In this document: piece after piece, positions 1 through 7,869 of the stretch
How the letters are laid out: every line of letters begins with the position of its first letter
Numbering within the stretch: the stretch's first letter is position 1
Assembly: GCA_016839815.1 (NCBI GenBank)
Contig: JAEOTM010000098.1
Span: 1-14,595 of the forward strand
DNA from: Candidatus Hodarchaeota archaeon
Lineage (GTDB): Archaea > Asgardarchaeota > Heimdallarchaeia > Hodarchaeales > Hodarchaeaceae
DNA length: 14,595 nt
Reading direction: 5' to 3'
Program-made: the position numbers and the translations under genes
Notes under the pieces: model-generated
Databases searched by the model: none
The model's input: the letters and a program-made list of their open reading frames with translations, nothing else
What the model was told of the DNA's origin: nothing

Positions 1-105
1 AATAAAAACAGTATAATCAGTTTTGAAACCACTCTAAATATTTTAAATGAGATTGGTTCACCTTTGGACATTATCCAAACATTATCCTTCACTAAAGACT
101 CCCGA

Positions 106-1044
106 ATGACATCTATCACGAAATCTGAACCCAGTATTGCTTCTAGAAGTCAATCTTTTTCTGAATTGACACAGAAAGCAAATCATTTAACTGTGTGCCA
201 ATATTGTCACACCTCAAGTGAATCTTCAAGTAATTATTGTGAAAATTGTGGTAAAAATCTTTTTGACCAACAGGATTTTCTTCAAAATATCAAACAAGAA
301 ATAATCGACCATAATTATTTTATAACGTTTTTGTTCTGTTGGTTTGGCTTCGTAATCCTACAGGCCTTTTTTTATGCTTTATTTGGGATCTCAATGTTTT
401 CAATTTTGTTTCCTGATATTCATATCAAAAGTTGGAGTGTTCCCTTTTCAGAAAGTTTAGTAATCTCGATGATACTCTCATCTATTCCTGCATTTATTGT
501 CTCTTTAATGATAGGATTCTTTTTTGACCAGTTATATCTTAATGCACTAAAATCTTCTAAACAAAAATACAATCAAGCAATTGAAAAATTGCAAGGTAGA
601 TTCATACTAGGAATATGGTTGACTCTTATTGGGGCAAGTATATTCCTATTCCTTATATTGAATGGGTTTACTGAGTTTATTCTTCTCTTGATGATTGTTT
701 TATGGATATATGGGACCTCCGTTTGGAATCATCCTTTCCACTTGAAAGACAAACCAAACAAAGTTCCCTATTTTACGCTATTAAGTACGAAAAAATTACT
801 GGATAAACATGTCAAAGAAAAATTCTTTGTGTTTAATCCGATTTCGATATTCATGAGTATTATTCTAGCAGCTCTTTGGGTATTTCTAGCAGACCATCTC
901 CTTCATCCAGAGTTAGAATTTCAAGATCTAGTATTTGCAGGGGGATTAGTGATGATAGCGCTCTTCATAATAGTTAACGGGATTTTCTTCATGTATTTCT
1001 ATAATTGGTCTCATATCAAGAAGATTATACAACAGGGAGGATGA
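106..1044 (+). CDS. Zinc-ribbon domain-containing polytopic membrane protein (about 6 TM helices)
   Basis: N-terminal CQYC-x10-CENCG zinc ribbon (196-252), followed by about six hydrophobic stretches. ATG at 106 is preferred over the TTG at 64 used by the ORF track; the start is uncertain. Confidence 0.75.
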   Translation: MTSITKSEPSIASRSQSFSELTQKANHLTVCQYCHTSSESSSNYCENCGKNLFDQQDFLQNIKQEIIDHNYFITFLFCWFGFVILQAFFYALFGISMFSILFPDIHIKSWSVPFSESLVISMILSSIPAFIVSLMIGFFFDQLYLNALKSSKQKYNQAIEKLQGRFILGIWLTLIGASIFLFLILNGFTEFILLLMIVLWIYGTSVWNHPFHLKDKPNKVPYFTLLSTKKLLDKHVKEKFFVFNPISIFMSIILAALWVFLADHLLHPELEFQDLVFAGGLVMIALFIIVNGIFFMYFYNWSHIKKIIQQGG

Positions 1045-1135
1045 ATGACCCTCCTCTAAATCTCACTTAAAGTCAAAAGAAAATATTCTTCTTACTTTCA
1101 ACTTGGATATCTTCATCTTAAATGTAAAATCTCTG

Positions 1136-2089
1136 TTAATTATTCTTCAAATGCCATTCCACTGTTTGTTGTATAGCTACTTCTGGATCGGTTGGTTGAA
1201 CGTCAAATGTAGATGTGAATTTACTTGAATCTACTACAAAATCACTCTCCCATTGATATGCAACTTCTCTAAATTCCCGAGCAGTTTTAATGAATAGGCT
1301 CCCAATGAGTAGCATAAATTTGGGCATTGATTTAACTTTCTTTGATTCAGTATTAGCTTCTTTCAGTACCATTTCTGCAAATTCTCTTACTGTAACAGAG
1401 CTTACATGTGGAAGATGCCAAGTTTTTCCGAATGCATTTTCATTTTCTCCGAGAGTGACCAAACCTTTTCCAAAGTCAGGTAAGTAGATGAAGCTATGAC
1501 GTTTATCCAAATTTCCTATAAGATTTACATCTTTTCCATTATTAAGCTTCTCAAATAGGTACATTCCCAACATTGAATTTTTTGCACCTGGACCGAAGAA
1601 ATCAGAGCCTTTCCCAATTGTTGCTCTGATTTTCTCTTCCTTGTGAGCATTTAACAAATTTACTTCTATACGTGAACGAATTTTTCCCTTTTTTCCTTCA
1701 GCTAGATGAGGTAAATCTTCCTTTAGCGGTCCTTTTATGACATTGTATTCTCCATAAGCGTACATATTATCTGCATACACTACTTTCGTTTCATTCCCTT
1801 GACTTGCAGCAGCACGAATTACATTATCCATGATGATTTCTAATTTTGGAAAATCCTGATAGGGTAAGCCAATACAATGATATATTGTAGTAGCTCCTCG
1901 AACCGCGGCTTTCAGACTTTCTAAGTCAAAAGCATCTCCTTTTACAGCTTTAACTGATGTCCCAAAGTTTGAGTTTCCACTCCTCGATACAATTCGGACA
2001 TTTTTTCCTCTTGCGAGTAATTCTTTCACGATGTAGGATCCTACATTTCCATTTGCCCCTAACACTACATTTAATTCAGACTTTTCCAA
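1136..2089 (-). CDS. NAD-dependent epimerase/dehydratase family protein (atypical SDR)
   Basis: N-terminal Rossmann motif VVLGANGNVG, plus VYADNMYAYG, DFFGPG and HSFIYLPDFG motifs typical of atypical SDRs. TTG start with AAAGGAGA ribosome-binding site about 8 nt upstream. Confidence 0.9.
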   Translation of the reverse strand: MEKSELNVVLGANGNVGSYIVKELLARGKNVRIVSRSGNSNFGTSVKAVKGDAFDLESLKAAVRGATTIYHCIGLPYQDFPKLEIIMDNVIRAAASQGNETKVVYADNMYAYGEYNVIKGPLKEDLPHLAEGKKGKIRSRIEVNLLNAHKEEKIRATIGKGSDFFGPGAKNSMLGMYLFEKLNNGKDVNLIGNLDKRHSFIYLPDFGKGLVTLGENENAFGKTWHLPHVSSVTVREFAEMVLKEANTESKKVKSMPKFMLLIGSLFIKTAREFREVAYQWESDFVVDSSKFTSTFDVQPTDPEVAIQQTVEWHLKNN

Positions 2090-2288
2090 CAGTATTTTCT
2101 CCTTTCCATTTATTCTACACTTTGTGAAGTATTAGATTAATTCGTCGTAGAAAACTAATATTACAGATCACAAATCGAGAATCGTTTGTATGAAATTGTA
2201 TTAACAATAGTGATTTTTTTAAAGATTGGTTTGAATACTTCGTAAAATCACAGTTTGAAGACGTTTGAATGAAATGTCGCTTGACTAA

Positions 2289-2525
2289 AATGAAACCTTA
2301 ACTTTATATGATAAAATCCTAATATTTCTTAACCTACCTCGGGATACAGAGAGAATTGGCAGAAAGAGATTGGATGAGACTATTCATCCCAAGAAAGGGT
2401 ATCTATCAACGTACTTAAAGAATTTAAAGGATAAGAAGCTAATTCATGAAAATTCTGATGGTATAAAACTTACAAAAAACGGAATCCAGGGCACAAGTGA
2501 ATTTACGGACAATTCATCCTCTTAA
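2289..2525 (+). pseudogene. Winged helix-turn-helix protein remnant (frameshifted or start-less), not in ORF track
   Basis: Open frame 2289-2525 reads NETLTLYDKILIFLNLPRDTERIGRKRLDETIHPKKGYLSTYLKNLKDKKLIHENSDGIKLTKNGIQGTSEFTDNSSS*. The segment YLSTYLKNLKDKKLI...IKLTKNG matches the wHTH recognition helix plus wing pattern. There is no in-frame start near the 5' end; an out-of-frame ATG sits at 2290. Confidence 0.65.
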
Positions 2526-3358
2526 TCATACTTTTTTTGGTTTTCTGAAATGAATTCTAATCCTCTTGCTGTTTCGAGATAATCAACCAAGTCGGCACTA
2601 AATCTTGTGGCAGGCGCTCCATCAATGATATCGTGATCAAATTGCAGTGTTAAGGCCAGATATTCTCTGATTAGGATAGTATCATCCACAATACCTGGTT
2701 TCTTCCCCACTCCTCCAATTGCTATTGATATGGGAAAACCACTAAGTGGAATAGCCCATCCAAAGTTTCCAAACATTCCAACAGAGGTTACTGATACAAG
2801 ACCTGATAGCTTTTTCAATGAAAATGGATTCCAAACAACGCGTTTCCAAAAGCGTGCTCGAATAAATTTTGGTAAATAAATACCGATTCTAGCTAAATTT
2901 CGAAGCCTTCTTCGATTTCCTAATACTTGGACCTCATGATTATCAAAAGTCTGGTTTTGAACAGATCGAATTTCTTGGGTTATTTCTAACACTGATTTAT
3001 GGTTAACTTTCCGAAGGACATAGGGTAAGGGAATTTTTTTTCCTTTCAGAGACCTTTCGACTTGAATAGTGATATCTATATCATCAAAAATGACTATTTT
3101 TCTTCTTCCTTTTCTAACAGCATGAATTTCTTTTTTTTTATCAAGAATTTGGCCTATACACCAACAAATCCATCCTGTAAGAGAAATTGTAGTTCCAGCT
3201 TCATCTTTATAGTTTTTTATCCATTCGCGTGCTTTCGTAATGTCTAATTCAAAGAGGCCTGTGATTACGTGTCGTTTTTGTGCTTCATCTAAATAATCTA
3301 CAATACCTAGCCGATTTCTCGGGAAGTCTTTAATTGTATATTCCCCAATGACATCCAT
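2522..3358 (-). CDS. Stand-alone 2-oxoacid dehydrogenase acyltransferase (E2) catalytic-domain protein
   Basis: Catalytic DHxxxDG motif (FDHDIIDGA), plus VTSVGMFG and IGGVGKKPG motifs. No lipoyl or E3-binding domain. Start is ATG 3358 or GTG 3370. Confidence 0.88.
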   Translation of the reverse strand: MDVIGEYTIKDFPRNRLGIVDYLDEAQKRHVITGLFELDITKAREWIKNYKDEAGTTISLTGWICWCIGQILDKKKEIHAVRKGRRKIVIFDDIDITIQVERSLKGKKIPLPYVLRKVNHKSVLEITQEIRSVQNQTFDNHEVQVLGNRRRLRNLARIGIYLPKFIRARFWKRVVWNPFSLKKLSGLVSVTSVGMFGNFGWAIPLSGFPISIAIGGVGKKPGIVDDTILIREYLALTLQFDHDIIDGAPATRFSADLVDYLETARGLEFISENQKKYD

Positions 3359-3509
3359 AACAATGACCACAAGCTAGATTCTGGTTTTTAGCTTTAGAAG
3401 AACGATTATTATAATTTCGATATAAGTAAATCTAAATTCAGAACGATATTTCTACTATTTTTTTCATATGTTTTGAACTTTCTTGATGTAAGAGTGTGAT
3501 AGAATTAAT

Positions 3510-3561
3510 ATACTTATGGTTACTACATGACATATCATAATATTTTTATACCATCGGTAAC
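3510..3561 (+). promoter_or_regulatory. Putative promoter (TTTATA) with two TetR-like operator copies
   Basis: ATACT-TAT-GGTTA (3510-3522) and ATACC-ATC-GGTAA (3548-3560) resemble the palindrome ATACC-N3-GGTAT. The second copy overlaps TTTATA at 3545-3550, upstream of the + strand gene run containing tetR. Confidence 0.4.
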
Positions 3562-3619
3562 AAAAACCATTCAGACCTTTAAAAAAGGAGAAAATTAATT
3601 AAAATTGAGGTTAAAGAAA

Positions 3620-3817
3620 ATGAGATTGTTAAAAATTGAAAAAGTCCTGTTAATAGTAACAGGAATATTATTCTTCTTTACTTTTACATGTGGTTTGTGG
3701 TTACAATTTTCAGGTGAAGAAATAATATTTGGTGACGTATTATTTCATTTAAGTTTGGCTATTATAACAACAGTATCAACAGCAGCTTCAATCATTTTTT
3801 TAATAAAGAATAAATAA
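3620..3817 (+). CDS. Small two-TM membrane protein (paralog A)
   Basis: Two hydrophobic helices; shares the TxxCGLWxxxSGEE...FH motif with the next gene. ATG 3620 with GAGGT ribosome-binding site at 3607-3611 (ORF track uses TTG 3605). Confidence 0.75.
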   Translation: MRLLKIEKVLLIVTGILFFFTFTCGLWLQFSGEEIIFGDVLFHLSLAIITTVSTAASIIFLIKNK

Positions 3818-3827
3818 GGTGTTATGA

Positions 3828-4010
3828 ATGGGAATTATTGAAATCAGCATGATTATAATAACATTTATTTTAATGTTTTCAACTATGATTTGTGGTTTAT
3901 GGATTGAATATTCAGGTGAAGAGAAAGACCCTAGCGCAATTAAATTCCATATGGTGATCGCTTTACTTACCACGATTTCATCTATTATTACAATTCTAAT
4001 CTTGATATGA
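3828..4010 (+). CDS. Small two-TM membrane protein (paralog B)
   Basis: Motif STMICGLWIEYSGEE...KFH; AGGTG ribosome-binding site at 3817-3821. Nucleotides 3891-3922 match 3689-3720 at 27 of 32 positions. Confidence 0.75.
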   Translation: MGIIEISMIIITFILMFSTMICGLWIEYSGEEKDPSAIKFHMVIALLTTISSIITILILI

Positions 4011-4031
4011 TTTAAAACAAGTGAAGTAAAG

Positions 4032-4199
4032 ATGAGTAATACTACTGTAAACAACGATGTTAATAACATTGGTTTGATATCTGCAACAATAGCAACAAGT
4101 ATGACGGTAATTTTTACCGTCTCATTAGTGATGAGCTTCTGGGTACAAACAGATGCCTTATCTTCTGGTGTGTTATTTTTGCTCCTTTGTCTGGTCTAG
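4032..4199 (+). pseudogene. 55-aa hydrophobic ORF, probably a truncated or frameshifted membrane-protein remnant
   Basis: Reads MSNTTVNNDVNNIGLISATIATSMTVIFTVSLVMSFWVQTDALSSGVLFLLLCLV* and fills the gap in the operon. An alternate frame from about 4172 continues VIFAPLSGLVSMYFHQKRVEKR. Below the ORF track's size range. Confidence 0.4.
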
Positions 4200-4245
4200 T
4201 AAGTATGTATTTCCATCAAAAAAGGGTTGAAAAAAGAAATATTAG

Positions 4246-5169
4246 GTGTCGATATTGAATAGTGAACAAAAAAATATAGATCGACAAGATATTCATCCCT
4301 TTAAATCTCAAAAAGCGAAAGAAACTTTTCTGACCTATTACGATGAAAGAGCAAAAGAATGGCCTATTGACTCAGAAACAATGTATGTAAATAGTTCTTT
4401 TGGTCAAACATTTATAAGAATATGTGGCCCAAAGGATGGTCCTTCATTAGTCTTATTACCAGGTGATTCAGTGACCTCACTTGATTGGATGCCTCTAATC
4501 GGAAACTTGTCTAAAGACTATCGTATCTACGCTTTAGATCAGATATATGATATTGGTCGTAGTATCTATTCACGTCCGATAAAAAAACCAGATGATTTTG
4601 TTCAATGGCTAGATGAAGGGTTTATTGCGCTAAATCTGGATAATATTAATTTAATGGGTTATTCCTATGGAGGCTGGCAAGCAAGTCGCTATGCTCTTTC
4701 TCATCCAGAACGATTAAACAAGTTGATTTTACTTGCACCAGCAACTGCTTTACCTATTAGATTGAGTGCTTTAATTCGGGTCATTTTCTATGCTGTTATA
4801 CCTGTACAGATTATGGTTAAAAGTTACCTCTATTGGTTCATGGCCGATTCAGTAAGAAAAAATGAAGAAACTAAAAAGGCCATTGATGAAATGATTACGG
4901 AGACTATGCTAGCGAAGAAATGTTTTAAGTCTAGGAAATTTGTAAATCCAACTGTATTGACTGATGACGATTGGCAGAACTTAAATATACCTATCCTTTT
5001 CTTGACTGGAGAAAATAAAGTACTTTATTCCGCAAAGAAAGCGATTCTGCATCTAAAAAATTTTGCACCTAATATTAGAACCGCAATCACCTCTGATGCT
5101 GGTCATGATTTACATATTGTAAAACCAGATTGGGTTACTACTGAAGTACTAGAATTTCTAAGAAATTAA
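4246..5169 (+). CDS. Alpha/beta-fold hydrolase (carboxylesterase Nap/YbfK-like)
   Basis: Nucleophile elbow GYSYGG, oxyanion region LVLLPG, C-terminal AGH His, and N-terminal WP..SE...V.S.FGQT pattern. GTG start. Confidence 0.9.
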   Translation: MSILNSEQKNIDRQDIHPFKSQKAKETFLTYYDERAKEWPIDSETMYVNSSFGQTFIRICGPKDGPSLVLLPGDSVTSLDWMPLIGNLSKDYRIYALDQIYDIGRSIYSRPIKKPDDFVQWLDEGFIALNLDNINLMGYSYGGWQASRYALSHPERLNKLILLAPATALPIRLSALIRVIFYAVIPVQIMVKSYLYWFMADSVRKNEETKKAIDEMITETMLAKKCFKSRKFVNPTVLTDDDWQNLNIPILFLTGENKVLYSAKKAILHLKNFAPNIRTAITSDAGHDLHIVKPDWVTTEVLEFLRN

Positions 5170-5200
5170 ATTATGCTGTAAATATACCTAGGGGATTTCC

Positions 5201-5893
5201 GTGTCAGAGAAAAGGCAAAAAACAAGACGAAATATTATCGTAGAGAAAGCAATACTCTTATTCTCCCAATATGAATATGAAAAAGTTGTTTTAAGTCAAA
5301 TTGCGGAATCAGCTGGCTTTACTAAAGCAACATTGTACAAAGAATATTATTTTGGATCTAATAATCCTAATCATGAAGTTAAATTCGATATCTATTTAGC
5401 AGTGGTAGCCACAATTTTCCAAAGAATATGTAATAATTTTGAAGAATCACTGAAAATTGCTCCCAGAGGAGAGGAAATCATTACTATGGGATTTGGCCTA
5501 TTAGGGCTCGCTAGAAAACATCCTTATTACCTTCAAGTCATTAATGACCCAAGACTTCGCTCTGCAGTAGCTAAAATTATTACTTCTGACCTTCCACCAA
5601 CAGAAAGTGAACAAGCATTTTTAACCTACCAAAGAAAGAGTTTCGCAGTATTACAAGAATTTGCTAAACAGAATCTGAAACATCTCGATCTAAAGATCAA
5701 TGAGGAAGTCCTAGATACTTTTAACCACGTACTCAGTTCTACTATCCCGGGATTAATTTTTGAACTTGTAATTCGTGAACAAACAGTCGGTCAATTACCA
5801 GAAGTTTCAGATAGGCAATTACTATTATTTTCTGAACTCCTCCTTGATGGTTTAAAACAGAGCAAATTAAACAATAGAGCGAGTGATTTATAA
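5201..5893 (+). CDS. TetR/AcrR family transcriptional regulator
   Basis: N-terminal AILLFSQYEYEKVVLSQIAESAGFTKATLY HTH pattern followed by a helical ligand-binding region. GTG start with GGGGA upstream. Confidence 0.85.
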   Translation: MSEKRQKTRRNIIVEKAILLFSQYEYEKVVLSQIAESAGFTKATLYKEYYFGSNNPNHEVKFDIYLAVVATIFQRICNNFEESLKIAPRGEEIITMGFGLLGLARKHPYYLQVINDPRLRSAVAKIITSDLPPTESEQAFLTYQRKSFAVLQEFAKQNLKHLDLKINEEVLDTFNHVLSSTIPGLIFELVIREQTVGQLPEVSDRQLLLFSELLLDGLKQSKLNNRASDL

Positions 5894-5907
5894 TTTAGGG
5901 TGAAAAA

Positions 5908-6906
5908 ATGGAAAATGAAAGTAAAATGAAAGCGATAGTGTGTACTAAATACGGACCCCCAGAGGTTCTTGAATTAAAGGAGGTAGACAAACCTACTCCG
6001 AAGGACAATGAAGTATTGATAAGAATTTATGCGACGACAGTCACTTTGTACGACTGTTGGTCGCGAAGTGGGACAGCCCCTCCTGGATTCAAATTTCTTA
6101 TGCGTCTTGTGGCTGGTATCAGAAAACCCAAGCAACCTATTTTTGGTACTGAGTTAGCTGGAATAATAGAAAGCGTTGGATCAACAGTGACAAAATTTAA
6201 GGTAGGTGACAGAATTTGGGCGTATCTCGGGATGAATCAAGGTGCTTATGTTGAGTATATGTGTCTACCAGAAGATGGGGTATTAACTATAGCCCCGACT
6301 AATATGACCTTAGAAGAAGCTGCAGCTGTTCAGCAGGGAGCATTGACCGCATTATATTTTCTAAGGGCCGGAAATATCGGGAAGGGTCAAAAAATCTTAA
6401 TTTTTGGTGCTTCTGGAGGGGTAGGGTCTTTTGCGGTTCAACTTTCCAAATACTTTAGAGCAGAGGTGACCGGAGTTGCTAGCGCGGCGAAATTTGACTT
6501 TGTAAAATCCTTGGGGGCAGAAAAAGTCATTGATTATACTAAGGAAGATTATACAAAAAGTGAGGAGATGTATGATATCATTCTTGACACGATCGGTAAA
6601 ACTGATATCGGACGAAGTAAAAAATTATTAAAGAAAGATGGAAGGTATCTCTTTACAACTTTTGGTATACCTAAGCTTGTTCGTATCCTATGGCTTCAAG
6701 TGGTAAACCGCAAGAAAGCATTTTATGGGACCTTAGAAGAGACAACTGAAGATCTAAATTTCCTCAAGGAGCTTATTGAGGGGGGGAAAATCAAAGCTGT
6801 CATTGACAAAAGTTTTCCAATGAACCAAGCTGCTGAGGCTCATAGGTATGTCGAATCAGGTCAAAAAACAGGACAGGTCGTTATAACTATGAAACAGGAC
6901 AGCTAA
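5908..6906 (+). CDS. NAD(P)-dependent MDR-family oxidoreductase (quinone oxidoreductase-like)
   Basis: MKAIV..YGPPEVL start, GTELAG, FKVGD, GASGGVGSFAVQL nucleotide-binding motif and EAHRYVESG C-terminus. Start may be the second ATG at 5926. Confidence 0.92.
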   Translation: MENESKMKAIVCTKYGPPEVLELKEVDKPTPKDNEVLIRIYATTVTLYDCWSRSGTAPPGFKFLMRLVAGIRKPKQPIFGTELAGIIESVGSTVTKFKVGDRIWAYLGMNQGAYVEYMCLPEDGVLTIAPTNMTLEEAAAVQQGALTALYFLRAGNIGKGQKILIFGASGGVGSFAVQLSKYFRAEVTGVASAAKFDFVKSLGAEKVIDYTKEDYTKSEEMYDIILDTIGKTDIGRSKKLLKKDGRYLFTTFGIPKLVRILWLQVVNRKKAFYGTLEETTEDLNFLKELIEGGKIKAVIDKSFPMNQAAEAHRYVESGQKTGQVVITMKQDS

Positions 6907-6939
6907 CCTGAATTTGGAGAGAAACCTATTGATATACTG

Positions 6940-7068
6940 GTTTTTAGAATAAAGGAGCTCAACTTTAGCTCCAGCTTTTTTCATACCTTCGATAAAAGGA
7001 TTCAGTACGAAAGCTGTATGATCCTTTTTGGTTCTTGCACTCCCATTAATAATCATAACATTAGACGT
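6940..7068 (-). pseudogene. Truncated flavodoxin-like / NADPH-dependent FMN reductase (iron-sulfur flavoprotein) remnant
   Basis: Reads SNVMIINGSARTKKDHTAFVLNPFIEGMKKAGAKVELLY, the N-terminal FMN-binding loop. Similarity stops after about 40 codons. The likely original start is now ACG (7066-7068), 8 nt downstream of a GAGAGG ribosome-binding site. Confidence 0.75.
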
Positions 7069-7169
7069 ATTTATTTCCTCTCGAAATCCAATCTCACAAT
7101 TTTAAAGGTAAATAATGCCTCAATCCTATTAGTTTTAAAGAACCTTCTTCTACAAATTTCAGGTTTAAT

Positions 7170-7817
7170 ATGACTGTTCTGACTACTATGAATTTGAAAA
7201 GAATTCCCATTTTTTGTTTAATTGGACTTTTAGGGATATTCGTTTATTGTTTCTGTTGTTTTATTGCCATTCTATTATTACCTTATAATTTTGATCCTTT
7301 TCAAATCTTTTTAAGTGAATTAGGCAATCAGAGTAGGAATCCAAATGGAGCTACTTTCTATCTTCTGGGAATGGTTACTGCTGGTTTGTTATCTCTCATC
7401 TTTTACTGGGGATTCTATTTATATCTAATTAAGGACAAGACTACAACAATTTTCAAGATCATTCTTACTCTTGGTTTACTCAACAGTTTATCAGTTTCAT
7501 TAACTGGAATTTTTGCAGAATCTATCAATTCGGAAATGAATCAATTACATATTATTTTCAGTGTGTGTATATTTACTACTTTATTTCCTCTTCTGTTAAT
7601 CGTGAGTTTATCATTATTCTTTCATCCCGAATATCCAAATTATATCACCGTTTGGGGGGTTATAGCATTAATCATTGACACGGTTTTTTTACTAACTTTG
7701 ATAATAGGAGGAGAAATATTCGAGAAAGCAGCCATACTAGACTTTTTGGCCGTATTTTCATATTTCTTTTGGATATTCCTAATCATTATTAGTGTAATTA
7801 GACATAAAGAAAGGTGA
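7170..7817 (+). CDS. DUF998-like multi-pass membrane protein
   Basis: About 6 TM helices with LSELG after TM1 and a GIF...H motif typical of DUF998 proteins. Start is ATG 7170 or 7188. Confidence 0.7.
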   Translation: MTVLTTMNLKRIPIFCLIGLLGIFVYCFCCFIAILLLPYNFDPFQIFLSELGNQSRNPNGATFYLLGMVTAGLLSLIFYWGFYLYLIKDKTTTIFKIILTLGLLNSLSVSLTGIFAESINSEMNQLHIIFSVCIFTTLFPLLLIVSLSLFFHPEYPNYITVWGVIALIIDTVFLLTLIIGGEIFEKAAILDFLAVFSYFFWIFLIIISVIRHKER

Positions 7818-7869
7818 TATGTAATATTAGGTAACAGAACTCCAACTGCCATTTGAGAGATTTATTTAG

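Noticed and set aside
1036-1054. GGAGG...CCTCC hairpin across the stop of the first gene
   Set aside because: Only a 5-bp stem with no U-tract, too weak to call a terminator.
1290-1487. 65-aa + strand ORF
   Set aside because: Antisense shadow inside the SDR gene, with no motif.
2113-2152. TTCTAC/GTAGAA and CAC-TTT-GTG short inverted repeats upstream of the SDR gene
   Set aside because: Too short to distinguish from chance in AT-rich DNA.
3062-3247. 61-aa + strand ORF
   Set aside because: Antisense shadow inside the acyltransferase gene.
3399-3447. AGAACGAT direct repeat (two copies, 41 nt apart)
   Set aside because: Only 8 bp and two copies, so plausible by chance and not CRISPR-like.
3800-4069. 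89-aa hydrophobic - strand ORF
   Set aside because: Antisense to paralog B, which is supported by a ribosome-binding site and by paralogy. The hydrophobicity is expected from AT-rich antisense codons.
6856-6939. C-terminal part of the 66-aa ORF in the track
   Set aside because: Read-through beyond the flavodoxin-like similarity, overlapping the MDR gene.
7640-7852. 70-aa - strand ORF
   Set aside because: Antisense to the DUF998-like gene.
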